Counted from the stretch's first letter, positions 39,611 through 49,763 are shown. The stretch: 52,069 nt of DNA from Candidatus Bruticola sp. (GCA_051874735.1 JBJEGD010000039.1:23838-75906), one strand, 5' to 3'. Notes: a model not told the origin generated them from the letters alone. A program made the numbers and translations.

Positions 39611-40651
39611 ATGCGCATAAAATTAAACAAAATTGTTTATTGTTTTATTTTAATACAGCTGCTAGCCCAGCTGCTTTTATATTCAACAGTTTCAGCTAAT
39701 GAACCCTCAATCTCTTCTCCCTCTACTGCAATACGAAAAGTTAATAAATTAATACCCTCCAGCTTCAACGTCGATCCGCATCCTAATTCAGTTATCAAAG
39801 AGACACGCCCTTCTGTAGTTATTACCTTTGCCCAACCAAACGCCATACGCTATGAACTTTCCAGAATATGGATCAACAACTCCGAAGTCAGCGACAAATG
39901 TTTGAAAACACCTGCTTTCGTAAGCTATCGCCCTTTTACCGACTATCCTAGCGGACCAATTCAAGTGAGAGCTGTAATTATCGATATAAATGGAAATAAT
40001 ATTGAGCTTGGCTGGACTTTTACTATCGCTAAAGTTCAACATATTGAGTCGGTACATATTACTAGCCGTCTCGATCTGGGGGCGTTTGAAGATCTCACAG
40101 TTGAACTGAAAGGTATAGCTAAGGCCGACCGAGCTTGGTTTGACATTGAAGATTACCGCTTTGACATACCTTTGCAAGAAGATACTGAACATCCTGGACT
40201 TTATAAGGGCAGCTACCGCATAAAGCACGGAGATAACCGCCTAAGAGCTAGGGTGATAGGTTATTTGCAGAAAGGAAGCCAAACTTTCGAAACCGCAGCC
40301 CCAGAAACGGCAGCCATATGGGGCCAGCTTTTCCAAATTGTCATTCTGGAACCTCAAGATCATGCTACTGTACCCCTTAATTTTAAAATAAAAGGAAGAA
40401 CTCTACCTAATTGCCATATCAGCATCATTCCTAAAATAGGATTTAGCGACAATATAGAGCCTGCTACTAACAACGCCCAAGAAGACATTATGGGCACTAT
40501 TCCCTGTAATTCAGATAATGAGGGCTACTTTGAGACTGATTACGGATTTTTAGTAAAACTGCCGGGTATGCAGGCCGTCTTTACTATCATTGCCGTAGAT
40601 GAACATGGCAATCGATCTATACCAAAAAATTTTCAAGTAAAATTTAAATGA
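39611..40651 (+). CDS. Secreted protein sharing domains with 12119-13507
   Basis: Signal peptide ending VSA; three beta-rich domains align by eye with the C-terminal domains of 12119-13507. Confidence 0.75.
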   Translation: MRIKLNKIVYCFILIQLLAQLLLYSTVSANEPSISSPSTAIRKVNKLIPSSFNVDPHPNSVIKETRPSVVITFAQPNAIRYELSRIWINNSEVSDKCLKTPAFVSYRPFTDYPSGPIQVRAVIIDINGNNIELGWTFTIAKVQHIESVHITSRLDLGAFEDLTVELKGIAKADRAWFDIEDYRFDIPLQEDTEHPGLYKGSYRIKHGDNRLRARVIGYLQKGSQTFETAAPETAAIWGQLFQIVILEPQDHATVPLNFKIKGRTLPNCHISIIPKIGFSDNIEPATNNAQEDIMGTIPCNSDNEGYFETDYGFLVKLPGMQAVFTIIAVDEHGNRSIPKNFQVKFK

Positions 40652-40672
40652 CTCTTATAAAATCAATAATAT

Positions 40673-40713
40673 AAAAAGTGCCGCTGCCTTTATTGACGAA
40701 GCAGCGGCACTTT
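40673..40713. repeat. Terminator-like hairpin, copy 1
   Basis: AAAAAGTGCCGCTGCCTTT...CGAAGCAGCGGCACTTT; near-identical to 44658-44703. Confidence 0.85.
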
Positions 40714-40869
40714 ATTTAAACGGTGACAAGTATAATAAATATCTAGCTGCGTTATTATGTCCACGACAGCTCTGCTAGTTAACGAAAAATTTTTTATAGA
40801 ACCGCAAGCTCAAAAATACTGATCCGCCCCAGCTAATCCACAAGAAAAGCTCCTAATTCTAAAAATTAG

Positions 40870-40922
40870 TTGACAATTGTTGATTAGAAATCTAAAATAT
40901 CACATAGAAACTTTTCTATATG
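40870..40922 (+). promoter_or_regulatory. ars promoter and probable ArsR operator
   Basis: TTGACA (40870-40875), 17 bp, TAAAAT (40893-40898), then the palindrome ATAGAAA-ct-TTTCTAT. Confidence 0.8.
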
Positions 40923-40933
40923 TGGTTAACAAC

Positions 40934-41263
40934 TTGGAACAGATTTACTTAGATATGGCCAAAGTGCTCAAAGCGCTCTCTGATCCGAAGCGCTTGCGAA
41001 TCGTAGATATGCTCTCCTGCGGGGAACTGTGTGCCTGCGAAATTTTAGAGGCTTTCCACATCACTCAGCCAACCTTATCCCACGACATGAAGGTCTTAAT
41101 TCAGGCTGGCATAGTGAATGACCGGCGGGAGGGTAAAAATATCTACTATTCCTTAAACGTAACCTATCTTGATTCTTTTCAAACTAAATTAAAGCATATA
41201 TTTGAGGAAAAAGCTGATTGCATCTGCCACAGAAAGAGAAATTGTAATTCCTGCTGCCCATAA
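40934..41263 (+). CDS. arsR: ArsR/SmtB family repressor
   Basis: KALSDPKRLRI, ELCACEI, TQPTLSHDM, C-terminal Cys cluster. Start uncertain (TTG 40934 or GTG 40922); 40877 lies inside the promoter. Confidence 0.92.
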   Translation: MEQIYLDMAKVLKALSDPKRLRIVDMLSCGELCACEILEAFHITQPTLSHDMKVLIQAGIVNDRREGKNIYYSLNVTYLDSFQTKLKHIFEEKADCICHRKRNCNSCCP

Positions 41264-41314
41264 GAACCGATGGCGTAAAGTATTCTTCAGCATCGGTTTT
41301 TTGTTTGCCTAACA

Positions 41315-41332
41315 TATAGAAAAATTTCTATA
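41315..41332. promoter_or_regulatory. Second copy of the putative ArsR operator
   Basis: TATAGAAA-aa-TTTCTATA upstream of arsD. Confidence 0.65.
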
Positions 41333-41356
41333 ATTCAATTAAAGGAAACTCCCCTT

Positions 41357-41734
41357 ATGAAAACTATAAAAATCTATGAACCTGCTATGTGCTGTCCTAC
41401 TGGGTTATGTGGCGTCAGCGTCGACCCAGAATTACTTCGCATTTCCACCAAGCTTAACACCTTAAAGCAGAATGGAATCGAGGTTAAGCGCTTTAATCTC
41501 TCTAACGCCCCTCAGGAATTTGTAAATAACAAGGCGGTAGCAGAATTTTTGCAAAAATTTGGGCCTGAGAAACTTCCTGTAGTGGTTGTTGACAATAAAA
41601 TTGTGATCGCAGGCCACTACCCTTCCAATGAGGAGTTTGCCCAATGGATGGGGGTTCCCACCAAACTTTTAGGTGTCCAAGACGAGAAGAAATCCGGAAA
41701 TAGCTGCTGTTGCAGTGTCGGCTGCTGTGGTTAA
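41357..41734 (+). CDS. arsD: Arsenite metallochaperone ArsD
   Basis: IYEPAMCCPTGLCG, RFNLSNAPQEF, C-terminal CCC..CC. Confidence 0.96.
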   Translation: MKTIKIYEPAMCCPTGLCGVSVDPELLRISTKLNTLKQNGIEVKRFNLSNAPQEFVNNKAVAEFLQKFGPEKLPVVVVDNKIVIAGHYPSNEEFAQWMGVPTKLLGVQDEKKSGNSCCCSVGCCG

Positions 41735-41755
41735 GAAAGCGGGGCTTCTCATATC

Positions 41756-43492
41756 ATGAAAGTATTTCAGCCCAATCAGTTAGTCGGCACTAAGTACTTG
41801 TTCTTCACTGGAAAAGGAGGCGTTGGCAAAACCTCCGTAGCCTGTGCTACGGCGGTTGCTCTAGCCGATCAGGGACAGCGTATTTTGCTCATCAGCACTG
41901 ACCCAGCGTCTAACCTGCAAGACGTATTTAACATAGAACTGAACAACAAAGGGACGCCTATACCATCTGTACCGAATTTGATAGTAGCCAACTTAGATCC
42001 TATACAAGCGGCAGCAGAATACCGAGAGAGCGTAATAGCCCCCTATCGAGGCATTATGCCCAATGCGGTGATCGCTAACATGGAAGAACAACTTTCCGGC
42101 TCCTGTACTATAGAAATCGCTTCCTTCAACGAGTTCGCTAACTTTATTACCGATCAACAGGTGCAAACGAGCTATGACCATATCCTCTTTGATACTGCTC
42201 CTACCGGCCACACTCTGCGAATGCTGCAGCTGCCCTCAGCCTGGAGCAGTTTTATAAGTGAAAGTACTCACGGTGCTTCCTGTCTGGGGCAGCTCTCCGG
42301 TTTAGAAAGTAAGAAAGCCGTGTACAAAGATGCAGTTAAAACCCTCTCCGATAGCCGTCAAACAACCATGGTCTTAGTGACCCGTCCGGAGGAATCTCCA
42401 TTAAACGAAGCGCAACGGGCTTCTAATGAACTCGCGGAGCTGGGGATAAATAATCAAATTCTCATAGTGAATGGCATTCTTAGTGAAAGCGACGATATAG
42501 TTTCCCAAAAATTATTTGCCAAGCAACAAACCGCACTTACAAATATGACTGAAGGATTACGGCATCTTCCCAACTATCAGATACCCCTGAGAGCTTACAA
42601 CATTACAGGCTTAGATCATGTGCGTTCTATGCTTCGTGAAGATCGACAAGAGGTTCGCACTGAGAAATTGAACGCCGTACAAATTCACAGATTGCAAGAT
42701 ATTGTGGATTCAATAAATAAAAATGGCCGCAAGATAGTTTTCACTATGGGCAAAGGTGGCGTAGGAAAGACTACAGTTGCTGCCGCTCTGGCATTGAGCT
42801 TGGCCCAACGTGGCCATAATGTACATTTAACTACTACCGACCCAGCAGCACATCTGAAATTTGTACTAGAGCAGACTGACAACATTACTACAAGCCATAT
42901 AGACGAACAGGCTGAACTAAAAAAATACCAGGAAGAAGTGTTATCCAAAGCCAGAGCCAATGGCTTATCAGATGATGATATTGCCTATATTGAGGAAGAT
43001 CTGCGCTCTCCCTGCACCCAGGAAATTGCGGTATTCCGAGCTTTTGCAGAAATAGTAGAAAAAGCAAACGAGCAAATAGTAGTCATAGATACTGCTCCTA
43101 CTGGCCACACTCTACTGTTACTAGAATCAACGGAAAGTTACGACAAGGAGATCCGACGCACTAAAGGCGAGCCCCCAGAATCTGTCAAGCGCCTTTTACC
43201 CAGGATAAAAAGTGCCGAGACTCAAGTCGTTATCGTTACTCTGCCGGAGGCCACCCCTGTTTATGAAGCCCTACGGCTGGAAGAGGACTTGAACCGAGCG
43301 CATATCGCTGTGGGATGGTGGGTCATTAACCAATCTTTTTATCAAGTTGGCGCTACCAACGCTTTACTTAAAGCAAAAGCAGCCAATGAAGTAGAGTGGA
43401 TCAACAAAGTTGATCAGCATACGGGTGGGAATTTTGCACTAATTGCCTGGAGCGCTGACCAGATCAAAGGTGATAAACTCCTGGAGCTTTGA
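41756..43492 (+). CDS. arsA: Arsenical pump-driving ATPase ArsA
   Basis: Two GKGGVGKT and two DTAPTGHT motifs; SGSCT, ASCLG, SPCT. Confidence 0.97.
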   Translation: MKVFQPNQLVGTKYLFFTGKGGVGKTSVACATAVALADQGQRILLISTDPASNLQDVFNIELNNKGTPIPSVPNLIVANLDPIQAAAEYRESVIAPYRGIMPNAVIANMEEQLSGSCTIEIASFNEFANFITDQQVQTSYDHILFDTAPTGHTLRMLQLPSAWSSFISESTHGASCLGQLSGLESKKAVYKDAVKTLSDSRQTTMVLVTRPEESPLNEAQRASNELAELGINNQILIVNGILSESDDIVSQKLFAKQQTALTNMTEGLRHLPNYQIPLRAYNITGLDHVRSMLREDRQEVRTEKLNAVQIHRLQDIVDSINKNGRKIVFTMGKGGVGKTTVAAALALSLAQRGHNVHLTTTDPAAHLKFVLEQTDNITTSHIDEQAELKKYQEEVLSKARANGLSDDDIAYIEEDLRSPCTQEIAVFRAFAEIVEKANEQIVVIDTAPTGHTLLLLESTESYDKEIRRTKGEPPESVKRLLPRIKSAETQVVIVTLPEATPVYEALRLEEDLNRAHIAVGWWVINQSFYQVGATNALLKAKAANEVEWINKVDQHTGGNFALIAWSADQIKGDKLLEL

Positions 43493-43589
43493 GATAGGAA
43501 TTGCACTCTCCTAAGGGGGCAATCAGGCAAGCTGTTCCGGAGAGCTATTTGTAGACAACCTAAGCATAGATACTAGCGATAAAAGCATT

Positions 43590-44642
43590 ATGGCGAAAAC
43601 GGATTATAACATGAACGAGGAAAACGGTGCTGGAATTAATTTTTTCCAGCGCTATCTGACAGTTTGGGTATTTCTTTGCATGGTAGTTGGTGTTTTGCTG
43701 GGTCATTTGGCCCCGCCCCTGCCCACCATACTTGAAAATTTAGAAATTGCCAAAATTTCTATTCCCATGGCAATTCTTATCTGGGTAATGATCTACCCCA
43801 TGATGCTCAAAGTTGATTTTCAGAGCCTTCGCAACGTGAGTAAAAATCCCCAAGGCCTGTTCGCTACTTGGATCGTAAACTGGCTAGTCAAGCCCTTCAC
43901 CATGTATGCTATAGCCGCTCTGTTCTTCTTCGTGGTCTTCAAAGCATTCATACCATCGGAAATGGCCACCCAATATCTTGCGGGCGCAGTATTATTGGGG
44001 GCAGCCCCCTGTACAGCGATGGTGTTCGTCTGGAGTACTCTGACTCGTGGTAATCCTACCTACACAGTAGTTCAGGTGGCTACTAACGATCTCATCATCT
44101 TAGTAGCCTTCGTGCCTATCGTAAAGTTCCTGTTGGGAGTGTCGAAGGTAACGGTTCCTTTTGACACCTTAATCCTCAGTGTAGTGCTATTTGTGGTCAT
44201 ACCTTTGGTAGGGGGCATCCTGACCAGACTGGCAGTCATTAAGCAAAGAGGACTAGAATACTTTGAAAATGTCTTTCTCCATAAATTCGATTCCGCTACT
44301 ACTCTGGGGCTGCTGCTGACGCTAGTACTCATCTTCATGGGACAGAGCGAAGTCATTCTGAAGAATCCTTTACACATCGTTATGATCGCTGTGCCCTTAA
44401 TTTTACAAACCTTTCTGACCTTTGGAATTGCCTACGGCGCCTGCAAGCTGCTAAAACTTCCCCATGATATTGCGGCTCCCGCCGGCTTGATTGGCGCTTC
44501 TAACTTCTTTGAACTCGCAGTAGCCGTAGCGGTGTCCCTATTTGGCACAACCAGTCCGGCGGCCTTGGCTACCACAGTAGGCGTGCTGACCGAAGTTCCG
44601 GTGATGCTAATACTAGTAAAAATTGCGAACCGGAATACATAA
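43590..44642 (+). CDS. acr3: Acr3 family arsenite efflux transporter
   Basis: RYLTVWV, MIYPMMLKVDF, NWLVKPF, AAPCTAMVFVW, SNFFELAVA, EVPVML. Confidence 0.95.
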   Translation: MAKTDYNMNEENGAGINFFQRYLTVWVFLCMVVGVLLGHLAPPLPTILENLEIAKISIPMAILIWVMIYPMMLKVDFQSLRNVSKNPQGLFATWIVNWLVKPFTMYAIAALFFFVVFKAFIPSEMATQYLAGAVLLGAAPCTAMVFVWSTLTRGNPTYTVVQVATNDLIILVAFVPIVKFLLGVSKVTVPFDTLILSVVLFVVIPLVGGILTRLAVIKQRGLEYFENVFLHKFDSATTLGLLLTLVLIFMGQSEVILKNPLHIVMIAVPLILQTFLTFGIAYGACKLLKLPHDIAAPAGLIGASNFFELAVAVAVSLFGTTSPAALATTVGVLTEVPVMLILVKIANRNT

Positions 44643-44657
44643 CGCTTAGAGAACATG

Positions 44658-44703
44658 AAAAAAGTGCCGCTGCCTTTTTGTTAGCGAAGCAGCGGCACTT
44701 TTT
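44658..44703. repeat. Bidirectional terminator hairpin, copy 2
   Basis: AAAAAAGTGCCGCTGCCTTT...CGAAGCAGCGGCACTTTTT between convergent genes. Confidence 0.85.
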
Positions 44704-44730
44704 ACCTAGTCAAATATTTACAAAGATAAA

Positions 44731-46191
44731 TTAATAATTGGTAGCTTTCAACTGGAAGTAAGCCTTATCGTGACCGCAAACAGGGCACTTTTCAGGAGCT
44801 TTCTTACCTACAACTATATTGCCGCACTGCAGGCACTGCCAGATAGCGTCTCCTTCACGGGAGAAGACTAAACCGCCCTCAATGTTGGCTAACAATTTGC
44901 GGTAACGCTCTTCATGCTCTTTTTCGATTTTGCCTACGGCTCTGAAAAGACGGGCAATTTCAGTAAAACCTTCTTCATCAGCCTCTTTGGCGAACTCAGC
45001 GTACATGTTAGTCCACTCATAGTTCTCACCCTCAGCAGCGTCAAGAAGATTCTCAGTAGTGGTCGGTACAGAACCGCCATGCAGGTGTTTGAACCAAAGC
45101 TCAGCATGCTCGCGCTCGTTCTCAGCGGTCTCTAAGAACAGATTGGCAATCTGCTGATATCCCTCTTTGCGGGCCTTACTGGCATAGTAAGTGTACTTAT
45201 TGCGAGCCTGGGACTCACCGGCAAAAGCAGCCTGTAAATTTTTTTCGGTCTTTGAACCCTTAAGTTCCATATTCTTTCCTCCCACATCAGCTTCAGCTGA
45301 AACTGATGAGCTATTATGTTGAATTTCTTCAGCTTTGTCAGCGTCTTCGTCATCAACTTCAATTTCTATTTCCATCAGTTCAAACGCCTCAGTGCCATGT
45401 TTGCACCAAGGACATACGTAATCATCAGGAAGTACATCTCCATCATAAACGAAACCGCAAACATTGCAGACCCAACGTTTGACAATTTTGGTACGTTTTT
45501 TAGTTTTATTCACTGCCGATACGATTTGAGATGGAATTTCCTCTGAGCTTTCTGTTTCTGGATGGAACATATCAGCTCCTACACCGCATAGCGGACAAAC
45601 AAAGTCTTTAGGAAGTTCTTCGCCTTCATAGGCATATCCGCAAACATCACAGACCCAACGCACTACTTTTTTAGAAGACTCGGCAGCAGGTGCCTGAACA
45701 GTAGAAACAGTCCCAGGCTTAGGCTTAATTTGACTATGATAATAGGCATAAGTTAAAGAAGGAGCAGTGCCTGTTACTTTCATGTCAAAAACTTCTGCTA
45801 CATAAAGATAATGCGTGCCTAAATCTTTGGTTTCTAATACTTTACAAAGCATAAAGGCGTTACAGTCTTTCATTAAATACGGCAGACTGCTCTGCAAATC
45901 TATTTCATGGGGATAAAGAGCGAACTTATCACAGTCACGCCCACTCTGGAAACCAAAATGCTTAATAGTTTCAAAACCCGTTTGCTCAGTCAGAACAGAC
46001 ACAGAAAACTGCTTAGTTTTATTAATAAGTTCAGATGTATAGTTAGCCTTATTAACTGCCACAATCAGACGGTAGGGAGCATCTGCCACTTGAGTCACAG
46101 TATTGACTACACACCCGCTGAGCTTTTCCCCATCGCGCACACCAAGTATATAAAGCCCGTAACTTAATTTAAATAATGCAGCTTTATCCAT
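44731..46191 (-). CDS. Flavin reductase - rubredoxin x2 - rubrerythrin fusion
   Basis: [24 protein letters not shown]; WVCDVCGY...CPLC; WVCNVCGF...CPWC; [20 protein letters not shown]...EREHA...EKEHE...CLQCG...CPVC. Start at ATG 46191 after GAGG. Confidence 0.93.
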   Translation of the reverse strand: MDKAALFKLSYGLYILGVRDGEKLSGCVVNTVTQVADAPYRLIVAVNKANYTSELINKTKQFSVSVLTEQTGFETIKHFGFQSGRDCDKFALYPHEIDLQSSLPYLMKDCNAFMLCKVLETKDLGTHYLYVAEVFDMKVTGTAPSLTYAYYHSQIKPKPGTVSTVQAPAAESSKKVVRWVCDVCGYAYEGEELPKDFVCPLCGVGADMFHPETESSEEIPSQIVSAVNKTKKRTKIVKRWVCNVCGFVYDGDVLPDDYVCPWCKHGTEAFELMEIEIEVDDEDADKAEEIQHNSSSVSAEADVGGKNMELKGSKTEKNLQAAFAGESQARNKYTYYASKARKEGYQQIANLFLETAENEREHAELWFKHLHGGSVPTTTENLLDAAEGENYEWTNMYAEFAKEADEEGFTEIARLFRAVGKIEKEHEERYRKLLANIEGGLVFSREGDAIWQCLQCGNIVVGKKAPEKCPVCGHDKAYFQLKATNY

Positions 46192-46527
46192 TCTGTCTCT
46201 GTACCTCCGCAAACTCAAGATAGAAGGGGCAAATATCCACAAAGATTCAATAAAAACCGCTGACGGCAGCTTCACCCGCAAACGAGGCTAACCAGAACCG
46301 ATTTTTATAACAACGAGGCCACGCTGCCGCGGCTACTAAGCCGCTAAGCGCAACTTGCAGCCCTCCCCCTCTGCCCTTTTTCGCCCCACAAACTACTCAA
46401 AAATCCCCGCAGGAATTCTCAAAAGTAAAATGCAAATCCTGCCCGATTATATTTTAAGGATAAAAAAATGGCGTAGTTGCCGACATTTAGATGAATAAAA
46501 TCATAAATTAAAGTCGGCTACTTACAC

Positions 46528-47400
46528 TCAATTGGGATGACTATTTAAACGATGCGGACGAGCCATAGGTAAACCGGCAAATACTAAGACAACTCCAACA
46601 GTCTGAGATAAGCTCAAAGTCTCACCCAACAATAAAGCGGCTATTAAGACAATAATAGGACGCTGCAGCAGCTGAAACACAGAAGTAGAAGTAGCTCCTA
46701 TCAATCTTATTGACCAAATAAAGGCACTGTTAGCCACAGCTGCCGAAAGACCTACTCCAACAGCTATGGGCCAACTGCTTATACTAGGCATCGATGAAAA
46801 CGGAGACAGAACCGTAAACACCACTAAAGCATTTATCCAGAAGGCCCAAATCCAAAGCAGCTTGAGATCAAAATTGCCAGTCAAAGTTTCCATATTAACT
46901 CTGTAAAGTACCGCGCAGCTAACTGCAGCTAGGCAAGCTAAAATACCCCCTAAATCGGTAAGAGCCATAGTCCCTTGGGCCAAAGCTTCAGGTAATTTAG
47001 CTACTAACAGCACCCCTGCCAAACAAATAGCCACTCCAATCCAGAATTTAAACGTTAAAACTTCCCTTCTGAAAAAAAATCGGTTGATTAAAGCTACAAA
47101 AATAGGAACTGAAGCGGTCAAAGTAATGACTACAGAAGCGGGAAGCAGCTGAAGAGCTAGCAATGAAAATCCGTTGATGCCCAACACTAATACACTGACT
47201 CTGGCGATGCGCCAAATTTCTTCCCGCTTCAGCCAACGAAACGAGCTAATAAAAGGCAGCACTATTAATGCCGAAAAAAAGTTTTTGACCAACAAAAGCT
47301 GAGCAGCATCTAAATTGGTACGATAGCCTAATTTAACTAAAATAGGCTGCACGGCCGTTGCAGCAAGTATAAGCCCAATCCATAATGCAGGATTATCCAT
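46528..47400 (-). CDS. EamA/DMT family transporter
   Basis: About 10 TM in two EamA-like halves; LLLGETLS...GVVLV. Confidence 0.85.
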   Translation of the reverse strand: MDNPALWIGLILAATAVQPILVKLGYRTNLDAAQLLLVKNFFSALIVLPFISSFRWLKREEIWRIARVSVLVLGINGFSLLALQLLPASVVITLTASVPIFVALINRFFFRREVLTFKFWIGVAICLAGVLLVAKLPEALAQGTMALTDLGGILACLAAVSCAVLYRVNMETLTGNFDLKLLWIWAFWINALVVFTVLSPFSSMPSISSWPIAVGVGLSAAVANSAFIWSIRLIGATSTSVFQLLQRPIIVLIAALLLGETLSLSQTVGVVLVFAGLPMARPHRLNSHPN

Positions 47401-47499
47401 ATATAATCACCACAATCAATATAAAAAAAGCGGTGTACAGACGACAGAAAAATAGCCAACGAAGAGCGGCTACTTTTTGTCCCTAACGCAGCAAAAATC

Positions 47500-48588
47500 T
47501 CAACAGGCAGCAGTTATAATTCCGCCTCCCAGCACCAAATCGCCATCGTAAAAAACAGCCGCCTGTCCGCAAGCTGCTCCAGGTATATTGTCTGCAAAAA
47601 CAACTTTAACCTGATGTTCATTTTCTCCCTTGACAATCCGGGCTCGCTGCGGCTTAGAAGAGTAGCGTACTTTAACCTCGCAATCGATAGATTCAGTTAT
47701 ACCGGCAATAGAAACCCAATTAACTTCTTCAACTAAAATCGTCTTAGTTTGTAGCTGATCCAAGGTACACACGATCAGGGCGTTGCGAGCTACATCTTTG
47801 CTACACACAAACAGGGGCTCCTGGTAAGATACCCCTAAGCCACGCCTCTGACCTATAGTGTAACGAATAAGCCCTTTATGCTCACCAACTTTAAGCCCAT
47901 CTTTAGTAAAAATTGGCCCAGGAAGACTGGCGGAGCCTCGATAATTTTCAATAAAATCGGCATAACTGCCGGTCTGTACAAAACAAATATCTTGGCTTTC
48001 CTGTTTATGAGCCGTCACTAAACCGTACTCATCAGCATAGGAGCGTACCTCATCTTTGGTAAGGCTACCAAGAGGGAACTGGCTATGGGCCAGCTGTTCC
48101 TGACTTAAAAAGTAAAGTACATAACTCTGATCTTTATGTTCGTCTACAGCTCGGCGCATAATAAATCGTCCGGCCTTTTCATCATAACTGACGCGTACAT
48201 AATGACCTGTCACAATGTAATCGCAATCTAATTCTTTAGCTCTTTGGTAAAGTTTCTTAAACTTCAAAAAGCGATTGCAGTCTATGCAGGGATTGGGGGT
48301 AAATCCTTTTTCATAGGCACATACAAAGGGCTCTATCACTCTTTCCTTAAAATTTTCAGCGAAGTTAACCACATAGTAAGGAATATTCAAGTTTGTAGTC
48401 ACACTACGGGCATCATCTACATCAGAAAGAGAGCAGCAAGACTTTTCTCGACTGATTCCGACGTCTTCATTATCAAACAATTTCATGGTAACGCCTATGC
48501 AGTTATAACCAGCTTTGTGCATCAGCAAAGCAGCTACAGAACTGTCAACCCCTCCGCTCATGGCAATTAAAGCACTTTTACAAGCCAT
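47500..48588 (-). CDS. mnmA: tRNA 2-thiouridylase
   Basis: AMSGGVDSSV, TPNPCIDCN, TGHY, KDQSY, ESQDICF, YTIGQRRGL, GQAAVFY. Confidence 0.97.
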   Translation of the reverse strand: MACKSALIAMSGGVDSSVAALLMHKAGYNCIGVTMKLFDNEDVGISREKSCCSLSDVDDARSVTTNLNIPYYVVNFAENFKERVIEPFVCAYEKGFTPNPCIDCNRFLKFKKLYQRAKELDCDYIVTGHYVRVSYDEKAGRFIMRRAVDEHKDQSYVLYFLSQEQLAHSQFPLGSLTKDEVRSYADEYGLVTAHKQESQDICFVQTGSYADFIENYRGSASLPGPIFTKDGLKVGEHKGLIRYTIGQRRGLGVSYQEPLFVCSKDVARNALIVCTLDQLQTKTILVEEVNWVSIAGITESIDCEVKVRYSSKPQRARIVKGENEHQVKVVFADNIPGAACGQAAVFYDGDLVLGGGIITAAC

Positions 48589-48602
48589 AAAGAACCAGCT
48601 TT

Positions 48603-49763
48603 CTACTTAGACTTAAGACGACGCAACACATCTTCATATTTTTCTACACTGCGACTGAAATTGACCTGAAGAAGAGCTTCGGCCTCATTGGCGCCATCCT
48701 TAGCCTCCTTCAGTTCTTTTTCTGAGAGATGACTGCTGGCCGCCGCCTTAGCGACTTCCTGATTGTACGTTTTGCGCAAAAGTTCACTGCTAACTTCTAT
48801 GGTACGCTGTACAGCTCTCATTTCAGCTTCATTATCGCCTGATACAGAAAATTTTTGAGCGTTGGCATCACAGTCGAATATAACTTTCGTATCAACTCTG
48901 TACATGTCTAAAACTTCAGCCGCGTACATATACTGATTAACTAAAAAGTCGCGCTTAACTTCGTAAGCAGCCCCACTCTGAGCAGCTGAATCGATAGTTA
49001 AAGGACGTCCTTCAAAGGAGGGCACAAAGGGAGAAGCAGGCAGCTCAGTAGCCAAAGACGATTCTTCAACCGGCGCACCGTTAAATTGATCTCTCGCAAC
49101 AGGATTGAGTTTGGAAGCAACTTCAGCAGATGGGCTGGAACTAGGAGCGGAATTAACGTTAGCCTCAGCAGACGGGCCGGAACTAGGAGCAGAATTAACG
49201 TTAGATTCAGCAGACGGGCCAGAACTAGGAGCGGAATTAACGTTAGCTTCAGCAGACGGGCCAGAACTAGGAGCGGAATTAACGTTAGCTTCAGCAGATG
49301 AGCCAGTGGACTCTCGATCATTTTCGCTACGCGCAGGAGCCGCACCAGTTTCCGGCCTTAGACTGGGCTCTGCAACTTGGGGAGGCAGTATTCCATGAGA
49401 CGCGACTTTGTTATCATTTTTAATTGGAAAACGTTGCTCTGATGGAGAAGTGAGGAAGACGCGCATATCGGGCCCTAACGAGCGGTGGCGGGTAGTCAAC
49501 CAATAACCGATATTGGCTAAAACTAGCACGATAAGAAACAGCGAAAACCAATCTATAGGTTCTTTTTTGTCCTCGTTTTTGCTGTTATTCTCTGCTTTAT
49601 TATCATTTGTCGGCGCTATTTCAACTACTGTTTCTTTCGTTGAATCAACTTGCGCGCTCTCTGTTTCAGAAGAAGCGCAACTATTATCAGCTTCTTTGGT
49701 AGCTGTTTCTTGCACCGAATTAGAAGAAGTGTTCTGCAATTTTTCTACTTGTTCATTACTCAT
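48603..49763 (-). CDS. Bitopic membrane protein with 14-aa tandem repeats
   Basis: Acidic N-terminus, one TM, (SAEANVNSAPSSGP)x4, helical C-terminal domain with QYMYA. Confidence 0.8.
   Translation of the reverse strand: MSNEQVEKLQNTSSNSVQETATKEADNSCASSETESAQVDSTKETVVEIAPTNDNKAENNSKNEDKKEPIDWFSLFLIVLVLANIGYWLTTRHRSLGPDMRVFLTSPSEQRFPIKNDNKVASHGILPPQVAEPSLRPETGAAPARSENDRESTGSSAEANVNSAPSSGPSAEANVNSAPSSGPSAESNVNSAPSSGPSAEANVNSAPSSSPSAEVASKLNPVARDQFNGAPVEESSLATELPASPFVPSFEGRPLTIDSAAQSGAAYEVKRDFLVNQYMYAAEVLDMYRVDTKVIFDCDANAQKFSVSGDNEAEMRAVQRTIEVSSELLRKTYNQEVAKAAASSHLSEKELKEAKDGANEAEALLQVNFSRSVEKYEDVLRRLKSK
49122..49298. repeat. 42-bp coding tandem repeat, about 4 units
   Basis: Unit TTCAGCAGACGGGCCAGAACTAGGAGCGGAATTAACGTTAGC with few substitutions. 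Confidence 0.95.

Noticed and set aside
46192-46527. Possible riboswitch or PerR/Fur box upstream of the rubrerythrin fusion
   Set aside because: GC-rich short stems are present but I could not match a known consensus; an Rfam or motif scan is needed.
49122-49298. Possible CRISPR array
   Set aside because: Contiguous 42-bp units with no unique spacers, in frame within a CDS, and no cas genes.
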